From: a virus
DNA: 64,000 nucleotides
Reading direction: 5' to 3' (one strand)
IMG/VR virus record: IMGVR_UViG_3300017589_000061
Coordinates: 64,001 to 128,000 of that record
In this document: one piece after another, positions 30,400 to 41,457 of the stretch
Layout of the letters: each line of letters opens with the position of its first letter
Position numbering within the stretch: the stretch's first letter is position 1
Position numbers and translations under genes: made by a program
Notes under the pieces: generated by a model
The model's input: only the letters and a program-made list of their open reading frames with translations
Told to the model about the DNA's origin: nothing
Databases searched by the model: none

Positions 30400-32103
30400 G
30401 TGCAAATAAAAGTTTTAAATCCAGAATTAGACACAGATAATTTTCTTGAGAATATATTTTTCAACAAAGGAATTTATGACATAGAAGGTTTTTTAAATTT
30501 AGATAAATCAGTTTTGGAAAACCCAGAAAACTATGACAATATGGAAGAAGGATATTTATTATTAAAAAATAATTTAGAAAACAAAATAGGATTGCTTGTA
30601 GACTGTGATCCAGACGGATTTACCAGTGCAAGTGTAATTTATTTATACATACAGAAATTAAATCCATCTACTACAATACAAACATTTTTCCATAGAGGTA
30701 AAAAACATGGTTTAACAGATGAAAGGGTAGTATACGAAATATTAAAGAGTGATATTAATTTATTAATTATGCCCGATGCAGGAAGTAATGATTATGAACA
30801 ACATAAAAAATTAAAAGATAAAGGAATTGATATTCTCGTATTAGATCACCATGAAGCTGAAAAATATAGTGAAGATGCGGTAGTTATTAATAATCAATTA
30901 TCAAATAAAGTTAAAAATAAACAACTTAGCGGAGTTGGTATAGTTTATAAATTTTTACAATATTACGACAAGAAAGAAAAAACTAAATATGCTAATGAAT
31001 ATTTAGATTTAGTTGCATTGGGTAATATTAGTGATTCAATGAGTACACTATCTGAAGAAACTAGGTTTTTGTGCCTAGAAGGATTAAAAAATAAAAATTT
31101 ATCCAATGGGTTATTTACTGAATTACTTGATAAATATGTAAAAGATGAAGTTAACATGATGAATGTTGCGTGGAATCTAACTCCAAAGGTGAATGCTATA
31201 ATACGTTCAGGAACACAGAAAGATAAAGTTGAATTATTTCAAGCTTTTATAAATCCAACAGAGCAGATTAAATTCAAAAAGAATAGCAGAACAAAAGAAG
31301 AAATAGTTGATTTATCTACAAAGATTACGGCAATTTCAGAGCAATTAAAGAAGAAACAAGACACTGAAGTTAAAGAAGGTATGGTACTTGTAGAAGATAA
31401 AATTGACGATACAAAGAAAGTCATTATTATTGAACTAGATGACGAAGAATTAGATAAGTCATTTACTGGTTTAGTGGCAAATAAATATGTAGCAATTTAT
31501 AATCGACCTGTTATATTACTTCAAAAATCAAAGAGAAATACATATACAGGAAGTGTTAGATGCCCAGAATTAGTTTATGATATTGAAAATTTTAAAGATT
31601 TTATAAAAGAGAGTGATTTATTTATTAGCTGTGAAGGTCATCCAAGTGCCTGTGGCTGTGAAATAAAAGAAGAAAATGTTAAATTGTTTAGTGAATGGAT
31701 AGAAGATAAATTAAAAGATAAAGAAGTTAGTGTTGGTGGAATTTATGAAGTTGAAGGAATAATTTCTGCCGATGATTTAGAAGAAGATTTTGTTAAAGAA
31801 GTTGGCAATTATTCAAAGATTTGGGGAACTGATTTGCTTGAACCGTTATTTTTAATTGAAGGTGTTAAGATTAATTCCAGTGACATTAAAATGGTGTTTA
31901 ATAAAACAATTCTAACTTTTGAGTATAATTACATTCAATACCAAAAAAGATATTGCAGTAGGGTTTTTAGAGAACGATTAAATGTTGATGGTGATGAAGA
32001 TATAGAGTTAGAATTAAACGTCATTGGAAAACTCATTAACGAAAAATATAATGGAAATAAGTACCCAAAAGTGGACATTGTAGAAGTCGAAATAATAAAT
32101 TAA
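30400..32103 (+). CDS. recJ: RecJ-like DHH ssDNA exonuclease
   Basis: DCDPDG, PDAG, LDHH, GSVR, EGHPSACG. Confidence 0.85.
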   Translation: MQIKVLNPELDTDNFLENIFFNKGIYDIEGFLNLDKSVLENPENYDNMEEGYLLLKNNLENKIGLLVDCDPDGFTSASVIYLYIQKLNPSTTIQTFFHRGKKHGLTDERVVYEILKSDINLLIMPDAGSNDYEQHKKLKDKGIDILVLDHHEAEKYSEDAVVINNQLSNKVKNKQLSGVGIVYKFLQYYDKKEKTKYANEYLDLVALGNISDSMSTLSEETRFLCLEGLKNKNLSNGLFTELLDKYVKDEVNMMNVAWNLTPKVNAIIRSGTQKDKVELFQAFINPTEQIKFKKNSRTKEEIVDLSTKITAISEQLKKKQDTEVKEGMVLVEDKIDDTKKVIIIELDDEELDKSFTGLVANKYVAIYNRPVILLQKSKRNTYTGSVRCPELVYDIENFKDFIKESDLFISCEGHPSACGCEIKEENVKLFSEWIEDKLKDKEVSVGGIYEVEGIISADDLEEDFVKEVGNYSKIWGTDLLEPLFLIEGVKINSSDIKMVFNKTILTFEYNYIQYQKRYCSRVFRERLNVDGDEDIELELNVIGKLINEKYNGNKYPKVDIVEVEIIN

Positions 32104-32123
32104 GTTAAAAAGGAAGTGATTAT

Positions 32124-35100
32124 ATGGATAATTATGTTGTATATCATATACACGATGATACAAGCAACTGTAATGGATATGCTGATTCTTGTACAAAATA
32201 TGATGAATATGTTAAATTGGCAAAAAAGAATAATATGAAAGCTTTAGCTTTTTCTAATCACGGTGGAATTTATGACTGGGTTAAAAAGAAACAAAGTTGC
32301 GATAAAGCTAAAATAAAATATATACATGGTGTTGAATTATACATAGTAAATGATTTAAAAGATAATTCCAGAGGAGGACATATTGGATTATACAGTAAAA
32401 ATTGGGAAGGTGTAAAAGAATTAAATACTTTAATGTCATTATCAACAAGCAAAGGTGTTAATGAAGATAATTCAGATAGACATATGTATTATAACCCAAG
32501 AATCACTTTCGAAGAATTGTTTAATACTTCAGATAATATTATAATTACGTCTGCTTGTTTAGCATCGCCATTATGGAAATTATATTCAAATTTTAAAGAT
32601 GAAAAAGATAAACAGCAAGAAAGAGAAGAAAACTTAAACAAACTAAAAAATATATTAGAATGGCTTGGCAAAAACAACAATAGATGTTTTTTAGAAATTC
32701 AATATCATAATGTAGAACACCAAAAAGAATATAACAAATTGCTTTATAAGTGGTCAAAACAATACAATATTCCATTGATAGCTGGAACAGATACTCATTC
32801 TTCAACAAAATATAAAGCTGAATGTAGAAAAGTTTTGCAAAAATCAAAAGATAGTTTTTATGGCGAAGAAGATGAGTTTGATTTAATATGGAAAAATTAC
32901 AATGAATTAGTGGAATGTTTTAAAATTCAAAACGCATTACCTGAAGAAGTTTATTTAGAAGCTATTGAAAATACAAATAAATTATCCGATATGGTGGAAG
33001 AATTTACATTAGATAAAAGCTTTAAATATCCTACTCTTTATGGTAAAGATTCAGATAAAAAATGGAAAGATTTAATAGATAGAAAATTACAATATAAAAT
33101 CGACAATAATATAATTAACAAAGAAAAAATTGATTTATATAAAAGAGATATTGATATAGAATATGAAACTATGGTTAAACAAGGAATGTCTAGTTTTATG
33201 ATGTTTATGTCAGAGTTAATGGATTGGTGTAGAGAAAATAATATTCATTCAAGCCCTTGTAGGGGTTCTGTTGGTGGAAGTACAATTGCATATTTAACTG
33301 ATATTACCGATGTTGATCCTATTATATGGAATACAGTTTTTGCTCGATTCTGTAATGCAGATAGGATTTCTCTTGGTGATATAGATCAAGATTTTGCACC
33401 AAAAGACAGAGCAAAAGTTTATCAATATATAATAGATAGATTTGGCAAAAATAATGTTTCGTACATATTATCATTAAGTACAATACAAGACAGAGGAAGT
33501 ATTGATGTTTTAGCTAAAGGATTAGATTATGATGATTTAGATTTAGTTAAAGAAATAAAAAATTCATTTGATAAAATATTTAAAGATTATTCTAAAATAA
33601 TTCAAGAAGAAGTTAATACAGAAGAATTAGAGGGTGCAACAAGTACATCACCAAACTTTGATGATTATGAATTATATTTAAAAGTAATAAGAAATCAAGA
33701 ACAATTAAAAAACTTAACAAATCTAAAAAGGCAATGGGATAAATTAAGGGCAGATAATAAAGATTTATTTTATTATTTTGATGGTATAAAAGGAACTATT
33801 ATTTCAAAAGGAAATCATCCTGCTGGTATGATTGGTTCTCCCATTACATTATTTGATAATTTAGGTGTATTTTATAGAAAAGGTGATGAAAATTTTCCAG
33901 TATCATTTTGTTCTATGAAGGCTGTAGATAGTTTGAATTATGTTAAATTTGATATATTGGGACTTAAAACTATAGGAATATTACAAGACACTTTTAGATT
34001 GGCAGAAGTGGGATGGAAATACTCACATGAGATTAATTGGGATGATGAAAAAGTATGGAAAGATATAATAAAGTGTAATTCTGGATTATTTCAATTTGAA
34101 GGAGATTATGCATTCGACTTAATAAAACAATTTTCACCACATACAATAAATGGGATGTCGTTAGTCAATGCATCACTTCGACCATCTGGTAAATCATATA
34201 GAGACAGATTAATTAAGGGAGAATTTAACAACAATCCTTCAGAAGAAATTGATGAACTATTAAAGGATAATAATGGATGGTTAGTTTTTCAAGAAGATAC
34301 TATTAAATTTTTAACTGATATTTGTGGTTTTAGTGGTTCGCTTGCCGACACTACCAGAAGAGCTATTGGAAAAAAAGATATTAAATTGCTAAATGAACAG
34401 TTACCTAAAATATTAGAAGGGTATTGTAATAAATCACCCAAACCGAGAGAAGTTGCAGAAAAAGAAGCAAAGGAATTTATACAAATAATTTCCGACTCTT
34501 CGGAATATCAATTTGGATATAATCATAGTACGGGATATTCTATGAACGGCTACTTGTGTTCTTTAGCAAGAACTTATTATCCAATAGAGTTTGTAACATC
34601 ATATTTAAATTGGGCAGAAAATGAAGATGATATGAATAATGGTATGAAATTAATTAAAGAGTATGGGTTTAAAATTAAATCGCCAGAATTTAGATATTCT
34701 AAAGGTGAATTTTTCTTTAACAGAGAAACTCAAACCATCTACAAAGGAATTGGAAGTATAAAATTTTTAAATTCTCAAGTTGGAGATGAATTATTTTCTT
34801 TAAAAGATAACAAATATGGCTCGTTTTTAGACCTATTAATTGATATCAAAACAAAAGTTTCATGTGATAGTAGACAATTAGACCTACTTGTTAAAATAGA
34901 CTTTTTTAAAGAGTTTGGGTGCATTAAAACCCTACTGCATATCATAGATTTATATGATAAATTTTATGGCAAACAAAGTTTATCAAAAGAAAAATTAGAT
35001 GAATTAAATTTAAGTTTGGATCAAGTTAAAAAATATGGAAGAGAAACTCCTAAAAAAATTATGGATTTTGATTCAGTTTCATTAATTAAAGATTTGATTG

Positions 35101-35474
35101 CGAATATAAAAGATGAAGATTTTACTGTAATTGAATTAATTAAAATGCAAAAAGAAATTTTAGGATATATAGATTATAAAGATGATATTTTAGACAAAAA
35201 TATTTGCTTGGTAGATACATTAAATATACAATACAACACCAAAAAAGCAAATTTATATTGTTTAAATAATGGAAAAGTTTTAGAATTTAAAATAAGTAAA
35301 AAACTATTTGACTTAAAACCTTTAAAAGAAGGCGATATAATTCATATTAATCCAGTTAAATTACCAAAACCAATAATAATAGGGGAAAAACCTAACGGCA
35401 AGCCACTTTGGGGAAAAGATTTTTCAACAATGGAGTGGAATTTAAACAATTATAATATTATAAAAGAATTATAA
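32124..35474 (+). CDS. dnaE: DNA polymerase III alpha subunit
   Basis: PHP domain, RGSVGGS, DIDQDF, HPAG, KFDILGL, FQFE, YQFGYNHS. Confidence 0.95.
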   Translation: MDNYVVYHIHDDTSNCNGYADSCTKYDEYVKLAKKNNMKALAFSNHGGIYDWVKKKQSCDKAKIKYIHGVELYIVNDLKDNSRGGHIGLYSKNWEGVKELNTLMSLSTSKGVNEDNSDRHMYYNPRITFEELFNTSDNIIITSACLASPLWKLYSNFKDEKDKQQEREENLNKLKNILEWLGKNNNRCFLEIQYHNVEHQKEYNKLLYKWSKQYNIPLIAGTDTHSSTKYKAECRKVLQKSKDSFYGEEDEFDLIWKNYNELVECFKIQNALPEEVYLEAIENTNKLSDMVEEFTLDKSFKYPTLYGKDSDKKWKDLIDRKLQYKIDNNIINKEKIDLYKRDIDIEYETMVKQGMSSFMMFMSELMDWCRENNIHSSPCRGSVGGSTIAYLTDITDVDPIIWNTVFARFCNADRISLGDIDQDFAPKDRAKVYQYIIDRFGKNNVSYILSLSTIQDRGSIDVLAKGLDYDDLDLVKEIKNSFDKIFKDYSKIIQEEVNTEELEGATSTSPNFDDYELYLKVIRNQEQLKNLTNLKRQWDKLRADNKDLFYYFDGIKGTIISKGNHPAGMIGSPITLFDNLGVFYRKGDENFPVSFCSMKAVDSLNYVKFDILGLKTIGILQDTFRLAEVGWKYSHEINWDDEKVWKDIIKCNSGLFQFEGDYAFDLIKQFSPHTINGMSLVNASLRPSGKSYRDRLIKGEFNNNPSEEIDELLKDNNGWLVFQEDTIKFLTDICGFSGSLADTTRRAIGKKDIKLLNEQLPKILEGYCNKSPKPREVAEKEAKEFIQIISDSSEYQFGYNHSTGYSMNGYLCSLARTYYPIEFVTSYLNWAENEDDMNNGMKLIKEYGFKIKSPEFRYSKGEFFFNRETQTIYKGIGSIKFLNSQVGDELFSLKDNKYGSFLDLLIDIKTKVSCDSRQLDLLVKIDFFKEFGCIKTLLHIIDLYDKFYGKQSLSKEKLDELNLSLDQVKKYGRETPKKIMDFDSVSLIKDLIANIKDEDFTVIELIKMQKEILGYIDYKDDILDKNICLVDTLNIQYNTKKANLYCLNNGKVLEFKISKKLFDLKPLKEGDIIHINPVKLPKPIIIGEKPNGKPLWGKDFSTMEWNLNNYNIIKEL

Positions 35475-35492
35475 AATTAAATTAAAAAGTAG

Positions 35493-35521
35493 TTGACAAA
35501 TTCCCAAATATGGAATATACT
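35493..35521 (+). promoter_or_regulatory. sigmaA-type promoter
   Basis: TTGACA-17-TATACT preceded by AATTAAATTAAAA. Confidence 0.75.
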
Positions 35522-35584
35522 ATTACTAACGACAGAGATACATACATAAATATCATATAAATTAAATTAAAAAGGAGAACAAAT

Positions 35585-35932
35585 ATGTTAATAATGAAAA
35601 AAGGTATGCCAGCCAATAGTGGCAAAACAACAGAGGCTTTAAAGAAAGTAGTTGAATTACTTTCTAATAATCAATCAGTTCTTTATATTAATAATGAATT
35701 ATCTTTTGGCAGTGTTCGTAAGAGATTGGAAGAATTAACGGATGATTGTAAGTTATTTAATGAATTTTATTTTTGTAGTAGCGAAGGTCTAGAAGAATTA
35801 ATATCAGATATACAATCTGACGATGTGTTAAAAGATACATCAATAATTATTGATATAGGGAAAGATGTTTCAGATTTAAAATGTGAACAAGATTTATACG
35901 TATATTATCAAACGCCAAGAGAATTAAGATAA
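35585..35932 (+). CDS. Small P-loop NTPase-like protein
   Basis: MPANSGKTT; VLYINNEL; IIID. Confidence 0.55.
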   Translation: MLIMKKGMPANSGKTTEALKKVVELLSNNQSVLYINNELSFGSVRKRLEELTDDCKLFNEFYFCSSEGLEELISDIQSDDVLKDTSIIIDIGKDVSDLKCEQDLYVYYQTPRELR

Positions 35933-35960
35933 AACGAGTTTTTTAACTCGAAAAAAGGGG

Positions 35961-37181
35961 GTGATAAAAATTTTAGTCAATAGAATAGAAAAACATATAA
36001 TTAAAAAGTCACATAAAATGTGGAAGATTTGTGATGAATTGTGTTTTAAGTCAAAGAATTTATATAATTACGCAAATTATATACAGAGGCAAAAATTTAT
36101 TAAGGACAAAAAAATAATTAAATATGTAGAATTATCAAAATTATTAAATACACATGAAACATTTATAGCATTAGGATCAAATTCGTCACAAATGACATTA
36201 AAATTATTAGATAAAGCTTGGAAATCATTCTTTATATCAATAAAAGATTATCGAAAAAATCCAAGTAAATATTTAGGAGAACCCAAAATTCCTAAATACA
36301 AAGATAAAAACGGCAGATATATTTGCGTATTAACAAATTTACAATCGCAAATAAAAGATGACTATTTATATTTTGCTTTTAAACCTTTGAAACCATACAA
36401 CAATATGTTCATAACTAAAATTAAAGGTAAGCATATGCAAACAAGAATTATTCCAAAGGGTTCATGTTATGTATTAGAAATTGTGTATGAAATAGAAGTA
36501 TCAGATATTATAACAGAATCCAAAAATATAGCAGGTATTGATTTAGGACTTAATAATTTTGCTACATTAACAAATAACGTAGGTGCATTGCCCATCGTTA
36601 TAAATGGTAAAGGAATAAAATCTTATAATCAGTATTGGAATAAACAAGTCTCAAATTTAACTTCAGATTTAAAGAAACGTCATAATCAAAATTGGAGCAA
36701 TAAACTTGAAATATTAACACAAAAACGCAACAATAAAATGGAATATTTTTTACACTGTGCAAGTAAATATGTAGTTGATTATTGTATGGGTATAGGATGT
36801 GATACCATTATTATAGGTTATAATAAAGAATGGAAACAAAACTGCAACATGGGCAAAACTACTCAAAATTTTATACAAATACCTTATTATAATTTTATTA
36901 ACAAACTAAAATACAAATGTGAAGATAAAGGAATTAAATTTATTCAAACAGAAGAAAGCTACACATCGGGTACGAGTTTTCTTGATTACGAATTACCAAT
37001 AAAAGATAATTACGATAAATCAAGAAGAATTCATAGAGGATTATTTAAAAGTAATGAGGGATTATTGATTAATGCAGATGTTAATGGCAGTTATCAAATA
37101 ATAAAGAAAGTATTCTCAAATGCTTTTGCTAATGAGATAAAGGGTGTACATTTACATCCAATTAGAGTTAATGTTGGTTAA
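35961..37181 (+). CDS. tnpB: TnpB RNA-guided endonuclease family (IS200/IS605, no TnpA seen)
   Basis: SKNLYNYAN, PKYK, GIDLGLNN, KLKYKCE, EESYTS, INADVNGS. Confidence 0.9.
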   Translation: MIKILVNRIEKHIIKKSHKMWKICDELCFKSKNLYNYANYIQRQKFIKDKKIIKYVELSKLLNTHETFIALGSNSSQMTLKLLDKAWKSFFISIKDYRKNPSKYLGEPKIPKYKDKNGRYICVLTNLQSQIKDDYLYFAFKPLKPYNNMFITKIKGKHMQTRIIPKGSCYVLEIVYEIEVSDIITESKNIAGIDLGLNNFATLTNNVGALPIVINGKGIKSYNQYWNKQVSNLTSDLKKRHNQNWSNKLEILTQKRNNKMEYFLHCASKYVVDYCMGIGCDTIIIGYNKEWKQNCNMGKTTQNFIQIPYYNFINKLKYKCEDKGIKFIQTEESYTSGTSFLDYELPIKDNYDKSRRIHRGLFKSNEGLLINADVNGSYQIIKKVFSNAFANEIKGVHLHPIRVNVG

Positions 37182-37327
37182 ACAATATTATGTACTAATA
37201 AATTTGGTTTATTTATGTAAACCAGATAAATGTAAGAATTTATCCGAATGTTCAAAGAAATATTCGTTGAAATTTAAGCATTTGTTTATAAATTAAAACA
37301 AAAAAAATAAAAGGAGAAATAATACAA

Positions 37328-37705
37328 ATGGAATTTAAATGTGAAACACATGACTATAAAGAAAGATATTTTGACAATATAGATGAAGCAGTGGAATGCT
37401 TATTTAAGAAAAATAATTTTTTATATTTATATTTAATACATGAGATGGAAGAAGTAGAGATAGATTTTCCTAATTTATTACGGTTAAATAATGGTAAAAT
37501 TCTTAATGTAACTTATGGTGATAATATTTTTAAGCTTTATTTAAACAAAAGTAATAGAAATATTAATAATTTTATAAATAAACAATCTAATTCAAACAAC
37601 CTTAATATTGCTTCTTTTATAGCAACAAATGATTGTGATAAAGATGATTATAGGAGTAAAGATTTAATTAAAATTTTAAATTATGCAAGAAAAATATTCG
37701 AATAA
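37328..37705 (+). CDS. Hypothetical protein
   Basis: RBS; bounded by sites 37226 and 37702. Confidence 0.65.
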   Translation: MEFKCETHDYKERYFDNIDEAVECLFKKNNFLYLYLIHEMEEVEIDFPNLLRLNNGKILNVTYGDNIFKLYLNKSNRNINNFINKQSNSNNLNIASFIATNDCDKDDYRSKDLIKILNYARKIFE

Positions 37706-38041
37706 ATGGAAAATTTTATTCGAAAGGTAGGGGTTAGAATGAATAAAAGAATATTTGTGGCAACGATTAAGGATAATAAATATATAACAAACGTTACTAA
37801 AAACATTTTCAACAAACAAAATTTAACACGTGAAGATATGCTTTACTTATTTGATTATTTGGCTTATAACATTATATTCGATGTTACTGATGGAAAAGAG
37901 TTAGAATGTCGAGATAAAATTAAAGAAATAATTGATTTGAGATATAGAGATGTGGTAAATAAAAGATTAAAAATTTAATAATCTTTACATCATTAAATAA
38001 ATGTTATATAATGTTACTAAAATTAATTAAGGAGTAACAGT

Positions 38042-38392
38042 ATGACATTTGGTGAAAAATTAAAAGAATTACGCATAGAAAAAGGATTGACTCAAAAAGA
38101 ATTCGGTAAAATATTCAACATGCAAAGATCAAGATTATCGCAATATGAAACAAATAAACGACAAGTTGATGATAAAACTAAAACATTATTTGCAGATTAC
38201 TTTAATATTTCGCTTGATTATTTACTTGGAAGAAGTAATATTAGAAATCCTGAATTATTAAACATTGATAGTGATATTCAAAAATTATTGAGTAATACTA
38301 AAAGTATTGAAATGTTAAAAGATTTTAATACTTTGCCTGACATAAAAAAACAAGAGGTATTAAAGTTTGTAAAATTTCAAAAAAATAATTAG
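38042..38392 (+). CDS. XRE-family HTH repressor
   Basis: FGEKLKELRIEKGLTQKEF...YETNKR...ISLDYLLGRS. Confidence 0.9.
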   Translation: MTFGEKLKELRIEKGLTQKEFGKIFNMQRSRLSQYETNKRQVDDKTKTLFADYFNISLDYLLGRSNIRNPELLNIDSDIQKLLSNTKSIEMLKDFNTLPDIKKQEVLKFVKFQKNN

Positions 38393-38711
38393 ATATTAGT
38401 AGGTATAAAGATGATTAAATTAATAAATTGGATTATTAAAAAAACTATATTAACTTGGGATGTAGACTATACCAAACTAACAAAATCTGAATTAAAATCA
38501 TTTAAAGAAGCTAAAAAAGATAATTATAGAATAACTAATGAACAATTAAAAAAAGAGCTTGGTATATTAAATAATACAAAGGAGAAATAAATTGTGTGAA
38601 TATTGTAACGATGAGGATTTCGAAAATCGCATACCGTTACCACCTATGAAACATATAGATAATCAACTAGATAGTAATATGAAAGTTTTATATTAGAAAG
38701 GAGATGATTAA

Positions 38712-38981
38712 GTGGAAAAATTAGTAAGCGAAGAAGGTCAATTATATGCTTGTGGTAATAGTTTATGTATAGAAGAAGGTATAGAATGCACAGATTGTCA
38801 TTATGCAGACGAAGCATTTTCAAAACTTGCAAAATACCAAAATACAAAATTACAACCTGAACAAGTAGAAAAATTAAAAGAGAAAAACAAAACTCTAGCA
38901 AAAGAAAATCGCAAGCTGAAGAAAGAAATGTTAAAAATGATGACATATGCTTGGTATAAACAGGAGGACGAAGATGAGTAA
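38712..38981 (+). CDS. Hypothetical protein
   Basis: KLAKYQNTKLQPEQV; RBS. Confidence 0.6.
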   Translation: MEKLVSEEGQLYACGNSLCIEEGIECTDCHYADEAFSKLAKYQNTKLQPEQVEKLKEKNKTLAKENRKLKKEMLKMMTYAWYKQEDEDE

Positions 38982-39311
38982 GAATAAGTGTTTAAATTGT
39001 ACAGAACGTTACATAGGTTGTCATGATACTTGCGAAAGTTATTTAAAGTTTAAAGCTGAAAGAGAATTAATTAGTAAGAACCGATACATATTAAATTATA
39101 TTAAAAAATAAGTTAGAAAGAATATTTTATTGCCTGAAGGGAGTTAGTAATGTGTAAGAATGATTTGCTTAAATGGATTTATGAATTACCCGATGATATT
39201 CAAATATACAGAACAAAAATTGACGATTATAATTGTGTAGATATTAAAATATTTACGAAGCCAAAAGATCAAGAATTTTTAGAATGGTATTTTGGGATGT
39301 AGGAGGATAAA

Positions 39312-39518
39312 ATGGATATTCAAATTATTGGTATAGATTTGGCAGATGAAAATTCTGAAGATTGGTCGGCTATTAGCAGTGTGTGTGGAAATTGTAAAAC
39401 CGTTATCGAATCAAAAACTTTTGATAAAGATAATATACCACAATCTGCAATATTTAAAAGATGTCCTATTTGCGGGGTAAGATTTAAGAAACATATTATA
39501 AATGAATATACTTATTAG
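39312..39518 (+). CDS. Zn-ribbon protein
   Basis: CGNC...CPICG. Confidence 0.6.
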   Translation: MDIQIIGIDLADENSEDWSAISSVCGNCKTVIESKTFDKDNIPQSAIFKRCPICGVRFKKHIINEYTY

Positions 39519-39533
39519 AAGGGAGTAATTAAA

Positions 39534-40184
39534 ATAGACGTAAAAGTTTGTAAAAAATGCAATAGAGAATTACCAATAGAAATGTTTCACAAAAGTAAAA
39601 AATCCAAAGATGGTCATGTTAGGATATGCAAAGACTGCGTTAAAGAGTATTATGAAGAAAATAAAGATAAAATAATTGAACAATCAAGACAATATATTCA
39701 AAATCACAAAGACAAGGATGTTGAATATCATAAACAATACTATATTGACAATAAAGAAATAATGTTAAAACATTCATCTAAATATAAGAAGAAAAATTGG
39801 AATAGAATTCAAAAGAAATATAAAGAATGGTGTCAAAATAATAGAGAAAAAATAAATACATATCAACGAGAAAGAAGATTAAAAGAAGAACAATTACCAC
39901 ATACTCTTACAAATGATGAATGGGAAGAAATTAAATTAAAATTTAATAATACATGTTGCTATTGTGGCAATGAATTACCATTACAAAAAGACCATTTCAT
40001 ACCCGTAACACAAGATGGTGAGTGTACTATCAATAATATTCTTCCTGCTTGTAAAAGTTGCAATGCGAGTAAAGGTGTAAAAGATTTCTTTGAATGGTAT
40101 CCAGAACAAGAATATTTTAACGGAGAACGAGCAGAAAAAATATTAAATCATATTGAATATGAAATTGAAGAACAAAATACATAA
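39534..40184 (+). CDS. HNH endonuclease with N-terminal Zn finger (probable ATA start)
   Basis: CCYCG..QKDHFIP..G.CTINNILPACKSCNASK; upstream in-frame VCKKC pairs with ICKDC. Confidence 0.85.
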   Translation: MDVKVCKKCNRELPIEMFHKSKKSKDGHVRICKDCVKEYYEENKDKIIEQSRQYIQNHKDKDVEYHKQYYIDNKEIMLKHSSKYKKKNWNRIQKKYKEWCQNNREKINTYQRERRLKEEQLPHTLTNDEWEEIKLKFNNTCCYCGNELPLQKDHFIPVTQDGECTINNILPACKSCNASKGVKDFFEWYPEQEYFNGERAEKILNHIEYEIEEQNT

Positions 40185-40217
40185 GATAATAAAAAGTATG
40201 TTAAAAGAGGTGAATAA

Positions 40218-40673
40218 TTGAAAATTGTATTTTTAGATTTTGACGGTGTTATTAATTCATTAATATGGTATAAAAATCACTATAATGAGTGGGAAATAAA
40301 ATATTTAGCAAACGAGCAAGCAATTCAATGGGTGTCGGAATTTTGTGAAAAATATGGTTACAAAATAGTCATTTCAAGCACATGGAGATATGACGGGCTA
40401 GAAGATTGTATTAAATATTTAAAAGGTTACGGATTGAGAGATGACATTGACATAATAGATGTTACTCCTATATTGCATGGTAAACAACGTGGTGATGAAA
40501 TAACAGTATGGTTAAATAATCATCCAGAAGTTGAAAGATATTTAATATTTGACGATGATTCTGATATGACTGTACATATGGATAAATTAATTAAAAGTCA
40601 TTGCCATGTTGGGTTTACTTACAAGGAATATAAGATGGCTGAAGATATTGAAATTGCTAGTGTAATAGGGTAA
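40218..40673 (+). CDS. HAD-domain protein (Swiss-army-knife RNA-repair-like)
   Basis: FLDFDGVI, ISSTWR, RGDEI..WL, IFDDD. Confidence 0.8.
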   Translation: MKIVFLDFDGVINSLIWYKNHYNEWEIKYLANEQAIQWVSEFCEKYGYKIVISSTWRYDGLEDCIKYLKGYGLRDDIDIIDVTPILHGKQRGDEITVWLNNHPEVERYLIFDDDSDMTVHMDKLIKSHCHVGFTYKEYKMAEDIEIASVIG

Positions 40674-40747
40674 TAAAAAATACATTTTATCGCATAAACG
40701 GTAAAAAATAATGTTGAAATTTCAACAATATTAAGGAGGGTAAAATA

Positions 40748-41017
40748 ATGAGAGGTTTAAAATTAAGTATATTTCATGAAAAAGCTCATCGATTTGAATA
40801 TTATCAAATTGGAGTTGATAATGATAATAGAGAGTTATTATTAATAACTGAAGGTTTTTATATTATACATACAGGAGTTTATAGTAATGAATTTTTAGAT
40901 GTAGAAAGTAGAATTGCTGAGGTTATTTTAAAACTAAATAATAATTCAGATTGTAAAGAAGTTACAATATTTGACACACCGAATGCATGGCACGGAAGGA
41001 AATTTGGGATCAGATAA
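40748..41017 (+). CDS. Hypothetical protein
   Basis: RBS; bounded by sites 40673 and 41017. Confidence 0.65.
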   Translation: MRGLKLSIFHEKAHRFEYYQIGVDNDNRELLLITEGFYIIHTGVYSNEFLDVESRIAEVILKLNNNSDCKEVTIFDTPNAWHGRKFGIR

Positions 41018-41076
41018 TAAAAGAATGGTTTTAAGATACATAAAAATTATATTAAAATAAAAAGGAGATTAAAATA

Positions 41077-41388
41077 ATGGGATCAAGATATTTAACAACA
41101 AATTTTACAATTGACAATACTATTAATTGGGAAAAATATTTCACGGGAGGATTGGTAAGTAAAAATTGTAATTGCCCACAAGCAGAAAAGATAATTTACA
41201 ATTTAAAAAATCCAAATAAGCCATGTACAATCGTATATTGGTCGGATTCTACTAAAACAATAGTTAAATGCTGTGATGGTGAGAGTTTTACTAAAGACGG
41301 CGGGCTTGCTCAGTGCTATTTAAAGAAAATATTAGGTAGTAGAGGTAGTATTCAAAAACTTATAGAAAGTGCCGATATTCAAGAGTAA
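41077..41388 (+). CDS. Hypothetical phage protein
   Basis: TIVYWSDSTKTIVKC..GE.F.KDGGLA. Confidence 0.7.
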   Translation: MGSRYLTTNFTIDNTINWEKYFTGGLVSKNCNCPQAEKIIYNLKNPNKPCTIVYWSDSTKTIVKCCDGESFTKDGGLAQCYLKKILGSRGSIQKLIESADIQE

Positions 41389-41457
41389 AAAACGTTGAAA
41401 TTTCAACGCCGTAAAAGTGATAAAATGTGGTTTTTATCGTAGGAGGAACAAATACAT

